From Auanema rhodensis (Eukaryota; Animalia; Nematoda), in NCBI GenBank assembly GCA_964057225.1, contig OZ059900.1:7502001-7566000 (forward strand): a stretch of 64,000 bases of DNA. The letters run 5' to 3'. Numbering within the stretch: position 1 is the stretch's first letter; each line of letters begins with the position of its first letter. The notes below the pieces were generated by a model. The model ran no database searches. It was not told the origin of the DNA and saw nothing but the letters and a program-made list of their open reading frames with translations. This document shows, piece by piece, positions 1-12,900 of this stretch. Both the position numbers and the translations under genes were made by a program.

Positions 1-348
1 ACTATTTTTACATATATATGTCCAATTTTAACCACTTTGGTCAAAAAGGACCGAAAATATCAAGAATTATTGGTTTTTTGGGGATTGAAGGGCATTTTGG
101 CAAAATCAGTCAAACTTTTGATCTTAAGCATATTTTTTTCTTCTAAAACGACTAAATGTATGAAATACTGTCATAGAATGTTCATATAGGTGTATTTTGC
201 ACGAATATCAAAACTGATTGAAATATGGGCCTTTTTATGCTCAAAACGCCATATATTCAACGATTTTGGGTACAAAACATGTGAAAACTGTATGTTTTGA
301 TCAGACCCTTTGAGATATGGATTTGAAATTCAGGATTCATAAACTTTG
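1..348 (+). repeat. Representative satellite monomer (348 bp, ~30% GC)
   Basis: The unit start is arbitrary (window start). The main polymorphic monomer positions are 9 (T/C), 22 (C/T), 84 (T/A), 102 (A/T), 174 (T/A), 240 (C/T), 325 (G/A), 331-332 (CA/AG), 344 (C/A) and 347 (T/C). Confidence 0.97.
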
Positions 349-1740
349 ACTATTTTTACATATATATGTTCAATTTTAACCACTTTGGTCAAGAAGGACC
401 GAAAATATCAAGAATTATTGGTTTTTTGGGGTTTGAAGGGCATTTTGGCAAAATCAGTCAAACTTTTGATCTTAAGCATATTTTTTTCTTCTAAAACGAC
501 TAAATGTATAAAATACTGTCATAGAATGTTCATATAGGTGTATTTTGCACGAATATCAAAACTGATTGAAATATGGGCCTTTTTATGCTCAAAACGCCAT
601 ATATTCAACGATTTTGGGTACAAAACATGTGAAAACTATATGTTTTGATCAGACCCTTTGAGATATGGATTTGAAATTCAGGATTCATAAACTTTGACTA
701 TTTTTACATATATATGTTCAATTGTAACCACTTTGGTCAAAAAGGACCGAAAATATCAAGAATTATTGGTTTTTTGGGGTTTGAAGGGCATTTTGGCTAA
801 ATCAGTCAAACTTTTGATCTTAAGCATATTTTTTTCTTCTAAAACGACTAAATGTATGAAATACTGTCATAGAATGTTCATATAGGTGTATTTTGCACGA
901 ATATCAAAACTGATTGAAATATGGACCTTTTTATGTTCAAAACGCCATATATTCAACGATTTTGGGTACAAAACATGTGAAAACTGTATGTTTTGATCAG
1001 ACCCTTTGAGATATGGATTTGAAATTCAGGATTCATAAACTTTGACTATTTTTACATATATATGTTCAATTTTAACCACTTTGGTCAAAAAGGACCGAAA
1101 ATATCAAGAATTATTGGTTTTTTGGGGTTTGAAGGGCATTTTGGCTAAATCAATCAAACTTTTGATCTTAAGCATATTTTTTTCTTCTAAAACGACTAAA
1201 TGTATGAAATACTGTCATAGAATGTTCATATAGGTGTATTTTGCACGAATATCAGAACTGATTGAAATATGGGCCTTTTTATGCTCAAAACGCCATATAT
1301 TCAACGATTTTGGGTACAAAACATGTGAAAACGGTATGTTTTGATCAGACCCTTTGAGATATGGATTTGAAATTCAGGATTCATAAACTTCGACTATTTC
1401 TACATATATATGTCCAATTTTAACCACTTTGGTCAAAAAGGACCGAAAATATCAAGAATTATTGGTTTTTTGGGGATTGAAGGGCATTTTGGCAAAATCA
1501 GTCAAACTTTTGATCTTAAGCATATTTTTTTCTTCTAAAACGACTAAATGTATGAAATACTGTCATAGAATGTTCATATAGGTGTATTTTGCACGAATAT
1601 CAAAACTGATTGAAATATGGGCCTTTTTATGCTCAAAACGCCATATATTCAACGATTTTGGGTACAAAACATGTGAAAACTGTATGTTTTGATCAGACCC
1701 TTTGAGATATGGATTTAAAATTCAGGATTCATAAAATTCG

Positions 1741-4700
1741 ACTATTTTTACATATATATGTCCAATTTTAACCACTTTGGTCAAAAAGGACCGAAAATAT
1801 CAAGAATTATTGGTTTTTTGGGGTTTGAAGGGCATTTTGGCTAAATCAGTCAAACTTTTGATCTTAAGCATATTTTTTTCTTCTAAAACGACTAAATGTA
1901 TGAAATACTGTCATAGAATGTTCATATAGGTGTATTTTGCACGAATATCAAAACTGATTGAAATATGGGCCTTTTTATGCTCAAAACGCCATATATTCAA
2001 CGATTTTGGGTACAAAACATGTGAAAACTGTATGTTTTGATCAGACCCTTTGAGATATGGATTTGAAATTCAGGATTCATAAACTTTGACTATTTTTACA
2101 TATATATGTCCAATTTTAACCACTTTGGTCAAAAAGGACCGAAAATATCAAGAATTATTGGTTTTTTGGGGATTGAAGGGCATTTTGGCAAAATCAGTCA
2201 AACTTTTGATCTTAAGCATATTTTTTTCTTCTAAAACGACTAAATGTATGAAATACTGTCATAGAATGTTTATATAGGTGTATTTTGCACAAATTTCAAA
2301 ACTGATTGAAATATGGGCCTTTTTATGCTCAAAACGCCATATATTCAACGATTTTGGGTACAAAACATGTGAAAACTGTATGTTTTGATCAGACCCTTTG
2401 AGATATGGATTTGAAATTCAGGATTCATAAACTTTGACTATTTTTACATATATATGTTCAATTTTAACCACTTTGGTCAAAAAGGACCGAAAATATCAAG
2501 AATTATTGGTTTTTTGGGGTTTGAAGGGCGTTTTGGCTAAATCAGTCAAACTTTTGATCTTAAGCATATTTTTTTCTTCTAAAACGACTAAATGTATGAA
2601 ATACTGTCATAGAATGTTCATATAGGTGTATTTTGCACGAATATCAAAACTGATTGAAATATGGGCCTTTTTATGCTCAAAACGCCATATATTCAACGAT
2701 TTTGGGTACAAAACATGTGAAAACTGTATGTTTTGATCAGACCCTTTGAGATATGGATTTGAAATTCAGGATTCATAAACTTTGACTATTTTTACATATA
2801 TATGTTCAATTTTAACCACTTTGGTCAAAAAGGACCGAAAATATCAAGAATTATTGGTTTTTTGGGGTTTGAAGGGCATTTTGGCAAAATCAGTCAAACT
2901 TTTGATCTTAAGCATATTTTTTTCTTCTAAAACGACTAAATGTATGAAATACTGTCATAGAATGTTCATATAGGTGTATTTTGCACGAATATCAAAACTG
3001 ATTGAAATATGGGCCTTTTTATGTTCAAAACGCCATATATTCAACGATTTTGGGTACAAAACATGTGAAAACTGTATGTTTTGATCAGACCCTTTGAGAT
3101 ATGGATTTGAAATTCAGGATTCATAAACTTTGACTATTTTTACATATATATGTCCAATTTTAACCACTTTGGTCAAAAAGGACCGAAAATATCAAGAATT
3201 ATTGGTTTTTTGGGGTTTGAAGGGCATTTTGGCAAAATCAGTCAAACTTTTGATCTTAAGCATATTTTTTTCTTCTAAAACGACTAAATGTATGAAATAC
3301 TGTCATAGAATGTTCATATAGGTGTATTTTGCACGAATATCAAAACTGATTGAAATATGGGCCTTTTTATGCTCAAAACGCCATATATTCAACGATTTTG
3401 GGTACAAAACATGTGAAAACTGTATGTTTTGATCAGACCCTTTGAGATATGGATTTAAAATTCAGGATTCATAAAATTCGACTATTTTTACATATATATG
3501 TCCAATTTTAACCACTTTGGTCAAAAAGGACCGAAAATATCAAGAATTATTGGTTTTTTGGGGTTTGAAGGGCATTTTGGCTAAATCAGTCAAACTTTTG
3601 ATCTTAAGCATATTTTTTTCTTCTAAAACGACTAAATGTATGAAATACTGTCATAGAATGTTCATATAGGTGTATTTTGCACGAATATCAAAACTGATTG
3701 AAATATGGGCCTTTTTATGCTCAAAACGCCATATATTCAACGATTTTGGGTACAAAACATGTGAAAACTGTATGTTTTGATCAGACCCTTTGAGATATGG
3801 ATTTGAAATTCAGGATTCATAAACTTTGACTATTTTTACATATATATGTCCAATTTTAACCACTTTGGTCAAAAAGGACCGAAAATATCAAGAATTATTG
3901 GTTTTTTGGGGATTGAAGGGCATTTTGGCAAAATCAGTCAAACTTTTGATCTTAAGCATATTTTTTTCTTCTAAAACGACTAAATGTATGAAATACTGTC
4001 ATAGAATGTTTATATAGGTGTATTTTGCACAAATTTCAAAACTGATTGAAATATGGGCCTTTTTATGCTCAAAACGCCATATATTCAACGATTTTGGGTA
4101 CAAAACATGTGAAAACTGTATGTTTTGATCAGACCCTTTGAGATATGGATTTGAAATTCAGGATTCATAAACTTTGACTATTTTTACATATATATGTTCA
4201 ATTTTAACCACTTTGGTCAAAAAGGACCGAAAATATCAAGAATTATTGGTTTTTTGGGGTTTGAAGGGCGTTTTGGCTAAATCAGTCAAACTTTTGATCT
4301 TAAGCATATTTTTTTCTTCTAAAACGACTAAATGTATGAAATACTGTCATAGAATGTTCATATAGGTGTATTTTGCACGAATATCAAAACTGATTGAAAT
4401 ATGGGCCTTTTTATGCTCAAAACGCCATATATTCAACGATTTTGGGTACAAAACATGTGAAAACTGTATGTTTTGATCAGACCCTTTGAGATATGGATTT
4501 GAAATTCAGGATTCATAAACTTTGACTATTTTTACATATATATGTTCAATTTTAACCACTTTGGTCAAAAAGGACCGAAAATATCAAGAATTATTGGTTT
4601 TTTGGGGTTTGAAGGGCATTTTGGCAAAATCAGTCAAACTTTTGATCTTAAGCATATTTTTTTCTTCTAAAACGACTAAATGTATGAAATACTGTCAAAG

Positions 4701-5220
4701 AATGTTCATATAGGTGTATTTTGCACGAATATCAAAACTGATTGAAATATGGGCCTTTTTATGCTCAAAACGCCATATATTCAACGATTTTGGGTACAAA
4801 ACATGTGAAAACTGTATGTTTTGATCAGACCCTTTGAGATATGGATTTAAAATTCAGGATTCATAAAATTCGACTATTTTTACATATATATGTCCAATTT
4901 TAACCACTTTGGTCAAAAAGGACCGAAAATATCAAGAATTATTGGTTTTTTGGGGTTTGAAGGGCATTTTGGCAAAATCAGTCAAACTTTTGATCTTAAG
5001 CATATTTTTTTCTTCTAAAACGACTAAATGTATGAAATACTGTCATAGAATGTTCATATAGGTGTATTTTGCACGAATATCAAAACTGATTGAAATATGG
5101 GCCTTTTTATGCTCAAAACGCCATATATTCAACGATTTTGGGTACAAAACATGTGAAAACTGTATGTTTTGATCAGACCCTTTGAGATATGGATTTGAAA
5201 ATCAGGATTCATAAACATTG
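1741..5220 (+). repeat. Local 5-monomer-offset (1740-bp) duplication of at least 3 monomers
   Basis: The TTAAAA/AAATTCG+GCTAAA monomer, the TGTTTATA+CACAAATTT monomer and the GGCGTT monomer occur at 1741/2089/2437 and again at 3481/3829/4177. TGTTTATA is found only at 2271 and 4011. Confidence 0.85.
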
Positions 5221-6959
5221 ACTATTTTTACATATATATGTTCAATTTTAACCACTTTGGTCAAAAAGGACCGAAAATATCAAGAATTATTGGTTTTTTG
5301 GGGTTTGAAGGGCATTTTGGCAAAATCAGTCAAACTTTTGATCTTAAGCATATTTTTTTCTTCTAAAACGACTAAATGTATGAAATACTGTCAAAGAATG
5401 TTCATATAGGTGTATTTTGCACGAATATCAAAACTGATTGAAATATGGGCCTTTTTATGCTCAAAACGCCATATATTCAACGATTTTGGGTACAAAACAT
5501 GTGAAAACTGTATGTTTTGATCAGACCCTTTGAGATATGGATTTAAAATTCAGGATTCATAAAATTCGACTATTTTTACATATATATGTCCAATTTTAAC
5601 CACTTTGGTCAAAAAGGACCGAAAATATCAAGAATTATTGGTTTTTTGGGGTTTGAAGGGCATTTTGGCAAAATCAGTCAAACTTTTGATCTTAAGCATA
5701 TTTTTTTCTTCTAAAACGACTAAATGTATGAAATACTGTCATAGAATGTTCATATAGGTGTATTTTGCACGAATATCAAAACTGATTGAAATATGGGCCT
5801 TTTTATGCTCAAAACGCCATATATTCAACGATTTTGGGTACAAAACATGTGAAAACTGTATGTTTTGATCAGACCCTTTGAGATATGGATTTGAAATTCA
5901 GGATTCATAAACTTCGACTATTTCTACATATATATGTCCAATTTTAACCACTTTGGTCAAAAAGGACCGAAAATATCAAGAATTATTGGTTTTTTGGGGT
6001 TTGAAGGGCATTTTGGCAAAATCAGTCAAACTTTTGATCTTAAGCATATTTTTTTTTCTAAAACGACTAAATGTATGAAATACTGTCAAAGAATGTTCAT
6101 ATAGGTGTATTTTGCACGAATATCAAAACTGATTGAAATATGGGCCTTTTTATGCTCAAAACGCCATATATTCAACGATTTTGGGTACAAAACATGTGAA
6201 AACTGTATGTTTTGATCAGACCCTTTGAGATATGGATTTGAAATTCAGGATTCATAAACTTTGACTATTTTTACATATATATGTTCAATTTTAACCACTT
6301 TGGTCAAAAAGGACCGAAAATATCAAGAATTATTGGTTTTTTGGGGTTTGAAGGGCATTTTGGCAAAATCAGTCAAACTTTTGATCTTAAGCATATTTTT
6401 TTCTTCTAAAACGACTAAATGTATGAAATACTGTCATAGAATGTTCATATAGGTGTATTTTGCACGAATATCAAAACTGATTGAAATATGGGCCTTTTTA
6501 TGTTCAAAACGCCATATATTCAACGATTTTGGGTACAAAACATGTGAAAACTGTATGTTTTGATCAGACCCTTTGAGATATGGATTTGAAATTCAGGATT
6601 CATAAACTTTGACTATTTTTACATATATATGTCCAATTTTAACCAATTTGGTCAAAAAGGACCGAAAATATCAAGAATTATTGGTTTTTTGGGGTTTGAA
6701 GGGCATTTTGGCAAAATCAGTCAAACTTTTGATCTTAAGCATATTTTTTTCTTCTAAAACGACTAAATGTATGAAATACTGTCAAAGAATGTTCATATAG
6801 GTGTATTTTGCACGAATATCAAAACTGATTGAAATATGGGCCTTTTTATGCTCAAAACGCCATATATTCAACGATTTTGGGTACAAAACATGTGAAAACT
6901 GTATGTTTTGATCAGACCCTTTGAGATATGGATTTGAAATTCAGGATTCATAAACTTTG

Positions 6960-9900
6960 ACTATTTTTACATATATATGTCCAATTTTAACCACTTTGGT
7001 CGAAAAGGACCGAAAATATCAAGAATTATTGGTTTTTTGGGGGTTGAAGGGCATTTTGGCAAAATCAGTCAAACTTTTGATCTTAAGCATATTTTTTTCT
7101 TCTAAAACGACTAAATGTATGAAATACTGTCATAGAATGTTCATATAGGTGTATTTTGCACGAATATCAAAACTGATTGAAATATGGGCCTTTTTATGTT
7201 CAAAACGCCATATATTCAACGATTTTGGGTACAAAACATGTGAAAACTGTATGTTTTGATCAGACCCTTTGAGATATGGATTTGAAATTCAGGATTCATA
7301 AACTTTGGCTATTTTTACATATATATGTCCAATTTTAACCACTTTGGTCAAAAAGGACCGAAAATATCAAGAATTATTGGTTTTTTGGGGATTGAAGGGC
7401 ATTTTGGCAAAATCAGTCAAACTTTTGATCTTAAGCATATTTTTTTCTTCTAAAACGACTAAATGTATGAAATACTGTCATAGAATGTTCATATAGGTGT
7501 ATTTTGCACGAATATCAAAACTGATTGAAATATGGGCCTTTTTATGTTCAAAACGCCATATATTCAACGATTTTGGGTACAAAACATGTGAAAACTGTAT
7601 GTTTTGATCAGACCCTTTGAGATATGGATTTGAAATTCAGGATTCATGAACTTTGACTATTTTTACATATATATGTCCAATTTCAACCACTTTGGTCAAA
7701 AAGGACCGAAAATATCAAGAATTATTGGTTTTTTGGGGATTGAAGGGCATTTTGGCAAAATCAGTCAAACTTTTGATCTTAAGCATATTTTTTTCTTCTA
7801 AAACGACTAAATGTATGAAATACTGTCATAGAATGTCCATATAGGTGTATTTTGCACGAATATCAAAACTGATTGAAATATGGGCCTTTTTATGCTCAAA
7901 ACGCCATATATTCAACGATTTTGGGTACAAAACATGTGAAAACTGTATGTTTTGATCAGACCCTTTGAGATATGGATTTGAAATTCAGGATTCATAAACT
8001 TTGACTATTTTTACATATATATGTTCAATTTTAACCACTTTGGTCAAGAAGGACCGAAAATATCAAGAATTATTGGTTTTTTGGGGTTTGAAGGGCATTT
8101 TGGCAAAATCAGTCAAACTTTTGATCTTAAGCATATTTTTTTCTTCTAAAACGACTAAATGTATAAAATACTGTCATAGAATGTTCATATAGGTGTATTT
8201 TGCACGAATATCAAAACTGATTGAAATATGGGCCTTTTTATGCTCAAAACGCCATATATTCAACGATTTTGGGTACAAAACATGTGAAAACTATATGTTT
8301 TGATCAGACCCTTTGAGATATGGATTTGAAATTCAGGATTCATAAACTTTGACTATTTTTACATATATATGTTCAATTGTAACCACTTTGGTCAAAAAGG
8401 ACCGAAAATATCAAGAATTATTGGTTTTTTGGGGTTTGAAGGGCATTTTGGCTAAATCAGTCAAACTTTTGATCTTAAGCATATTTTTTTCTTCTAAAAC
8501 GACTAAATGTATGAAATACTGTCATAGAATGTTCATATAGGTGTATTTTGCACGAATATCAAAACTGATTGAAATATGGACCTTTTTATGTTCAAAACGC
8601 CATATATTCAACGATTTTGGGTACAAAACATGTGAAAACTGTATGTTTTGATCAGACCCTTTGAGATATGGATTTGAAATTCAGGATTCATAAACTTTGA
8701 CTATTTTTACATATATATGTTCAATTTTAACCACTTTGGTCAAAAAGGACCGAAAATATCAAGAATTATTGGTTTTTTGGGGTTTGAAGGGCATTTTGGC
8801 TAAATCAATCAAACTTTTGATCTTAAGCATATTTTTTTCTTCTAAAACGACTAAATGTATGAAATACTGTCATAGAATGTTCATATAGGTGTATTTTGCA
8901 CGAATATCAGAACTGATTGAAATATGGGCCTTTTTATGCTCAAAACGCCATATATTCAACGATTTTGGGTACAAAACATGTGAAAACGATATGTTTTGAT
9001 CAGACCCTTTGAGATATGGATTTGAAATTCAGGATTCATAAACTTCGACTATTTCTACATATATATGTCCAATTTTAACCACTTTGGTCAAAAAGGACCG
9101 AAAATATCAAGAATTATTGGTTTTTTGGGGATTGAAGGGCATTTTGGCAAAATCAGTCAAACTTTTGATCTTAAGCATATTTTTTTCTTCTAAAACGACT
9201 AAATGTATGAAATACTGTCATAGAATGTTCATATAGGTGTATTTTGCACGAATATCAAAACTGATTGAAATATGGGCCTTTTTATGCTCAAAACGCCATA
9301 TATTCAACGATTTTGGGTACAAAACATGTGAAAACTGTATGTTTTGATCAGACCCTTTGAGATATGGATTTAAAATTCAGGATTCATAAAATTCGACTAT
9401 TTTTACATATATATGTCCAATTTTAACCACTTTGGTCAAAAAGGACCGAAAATATCAAGAATTATTGGTTTTTTGGGGTTTGAAGGGCATTTTGGCTAAA
9501 TCAGTCAAACTTTTGATCTTAAGCATATTTTTTTCTTCTAAAACGACTAAATGTATGAAATACTGTCATAGAATGTTCATATAGGTGTATTTTGCACGAA
9601 TATCAAAACTGATTGAAATATGGGCCTTTTTATGCTCAAAACGCCATATATTCAACGATTTTGGGTACAAAACATGTGAAAACTGTATGTTTTGATCAGA
9701 CCCTTTGAGATATGGATTTGAAATTCAGGATTCATAAACTTTGACTATTTTTACATATATATGTCCAATTTTAACCACTTTGGTCAAAAAGGACCGAAAA
9801 TATCAAGAATTATTGGTTTTTTGGGGATTGAAGGGCATTTTGGCAAAATCAGTCAAACTTTTGATCTTAAGCATATTTTTTTCTTCTAAAACGACTAAAT

Positions 9901-12900
9901 GTATGAAATACTGTCATAGAATGTTCATATAGGTGTATTTTGCACAAATTTCAAAACTGATTGAAATATGGGCCTTTTTATGCTCAAAACGCCATATATT
10001 CAACGATTTTGGGTACAAAACATGTGAAAACTGTATGTTTTGATCAGACCCTTTGAGATATGGATTTGAAATTCAGGATTCATAAACTTTGACTATTTTT
10101 ACATATATATGTTCAATTTTAACCACTTTGGTCAAAAAGGACCGAAAATATCAAGAATTATTGGTTTTTTGGGGTTTGAAGGGCGTTTTGGCTAAATCAG
10201 TCAAACTTTTGATCTTAAGCATATTTTTTTCTTCTAAAACGACTAAATGTATGAAATACTGTCATAGAATGTTCATATAGGTGTATTTTGCACGAATATC
10301 AAAACTGATTGAAATATGGGCCTTTTTATGCTCAAAACGCCATATATTCAACGATTTTGGGTACAAAACATGTGAAAACTGTATGTTTTGATCAGACCCT
10401 TTGAGATATGGATTTGAAATTCAGGATTCATAAACTTTGACTATTTTTACATATATATGTTCAATTTTAACCACTTTGGTCAAAAAGGACCGAAAATATC
10501 AAGAATTATTGGTTTTTTGGGGTTTGAAGGGCGTTTTGGCTAAATCAGTCAAACTTTTGATCTTAAGCATATTTTTTTCTTCTAAAACGACTAAATGTAT
10601 AAAATACTGTCATAGAATGTTCATATAGGTGTATTTTGCACGAATATCAAAACTGATTGAAATATGGGCCTTTTTATGCTCAAAACGCCATATATTCAAC
10701 GATTTTGGGTACAAAACATGTGAAAACTATATGTTTTGATCAGACCCTTTGAGATATGGATTTGAAATTCAGGATTCATAAACTTTGACTATTTTTACAT
10801 ATATATGTTCAATTGTAACCACTTTGGTCAAAAAGGACCGAAAATATCAAGAATTATTGGTTTTTTGGGGTTTGAAGGGCATTTTGGCTAAATCAGTCAA
10901 ACTTTTGATCTTAAGCATATTTTTTTCTTCTAAAACGACTAAATGTATGAAATACTGTCATAGAATGTTCATATAGGTGTATTTTGCACGAATATCAAAA
11001 CTGATTGAAATATGGACCTTTTTATGTTCAAAACGCCATATATTCAACGATTTTGGGTACAAAACATGTGAAAACTGTATGTTTTGATCAGACCCTTTGA
11101 GATATGGATTTGAAATTCAGGATTCATAAACTTTGACTATTTTTACATATATATGTTCAATTTTAACCACTTTGGTCAAAAAGGACCGAAAATATCAAGA
11201 ATTATTGGTTTTTTGGGGATTGAAGGGCATTTTGGCAAAATCAGTCAAACTTTTGATCTTAAGCATATTTTTTTCTTCTAAAACGACTAAATGTATGAAA
11301 TACTGTCATAGAATGTTCATATAGGTGTATTTTGCACGAATATCAAAACTGATTGAAATATGGGCCTTTTTATGCTCAAAACGCCATATATTCAACGATT
11401 TTGGGTACAAAACATGTGAAAACTGTATGTTTTGATCAGACCCTTTGAGATATGGATTTGAAATTCAGGATTCATAAACTTTGACTATTTTTACATATAT
11501 ATGTTCAATTTTAACCACTTTGGTCAAGAAGGACCGAAAATATCAAGAATTATTGGTTTTTTGGGGTTTGAAGGGCATTTTGGCAAAATCAGTCAAACTT
11601 TTGATCTTAAGCATATTTTTTTCTTCTAAAACGACTAAATGTATAAAATACTGTCATAGAATGTTCATATAGGTGTATTTTGCACGAATATCAAAACTGA
11701 TTGAAATATGGGCCTTTTTATGCTCAAAACGCCATATATTCAACGATTTTGGGTACAAAACATGTGAAAACTGTATGTTTTGATCAGACCCTTTGAGATA
11801 TGGATTTGAAATTCAGGATTCATGAACTTTGACTATTTTTACATATATATGTCCAATTTTAACCACTTTGGTCAAAAAGGACCGAAAATATCAAGAATTA
11901 TTGGTTTTTTGGGGATTGAAGGGCATTTTGGCAAAATCAGTCAAACTTTTGATCTTAAGCATATTTTTTTCTTCTAAAACGACTAAATGTATGAAATACT
12001 GTCATAGAATGTTCATATAGGTGTATTTTGCACGAATATCAAAACTGATTGAAATATGGGCCTTTTTATGCTCAAAACGCCATATATTCAACGATTTTGG
12101 GTACAAAACATGTGAAAACTGTATGTTTTGATCAGACCCTTTGAGATATGGATTTGAAATTCAGGATTCATAAACTTTGACTATTTTTACATATATATGT
12201 TCAATTTTAACCACTTTGGTCAAGAAGGACCGAAAATATCAAGAATTATTGGTTTTTTGGGGTTTGAAGGGCATTTTGGCAAAATCAGTCAAACTTTTGA
12301 TCTTAAGCATATTTTTTTCTTCTAAAACGACTAAATGTATAAAATACTGTCATAGAATGTTCATATAGGTGTATTTTGCACGAATATCAAAACTGATTGA
12401 AATATGGGCCTTTTTATGCTCAAAACGCCATATATTCAACGATTTTGGGTACAAAACATGTGAAAACTGTATGTTTTGATCAGACCCTTTGAGATATGGA
12501 TTTGAAATTCAGGATTCATAAACTTTGACTATTTTTACATATATATGTCCAATTTTAACCACTTTGGTCGAAAAGGACCGAAAATATCAAGAATTATTGG
12601 TTTTTTGGGGGTTGAAGGGCATTTTGGCAAAATCAGTCAAACTTTTGATCTTAAGCATATTTTTTTCTTCTAAAACGACTAAATGTATGAAATACTGTCA
12701 TAGAATGTTCATATAGGTGTATTTTGCACGAATATCAAAACTGATTGAAATATGGGCCTTTTTATGTTCAAAACGCCATATATTCAACGATTTTGGGTAC
12801 AAAACATGTGAAAACTGTATGTTTTGATCAGACCCTTTGAGATATGGATTTGAAATTCAGGATTCATAAACTTTGGCTATTTTTACATATATATGTCCAA

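Noticed and set aside
1-348. 5S rDNA, tRNA, snRNA or spliced-leader tandem array (unit size is similar)
   Set aside because: There is no GC-rich ~120-nt 5S gene with A/C boxes, no tRNA cloverleaf or T-loop motif and no recognisable SL/U-snRNA sequence. GC is uniformly ~30%. An Infernal/Rfam scan would be the formal check.
1-348. CENP-B box, or assignment to a named satellite (alpha satellite, CEN178, CentO, Drosophila 359-bp)
   Set aside because: No NTTCGNNNNANNCGGGN motif is present (TTCG at junctions is not followed by CGGG). I do not recognise sequence similarity to those families, and length alone is insufficient.
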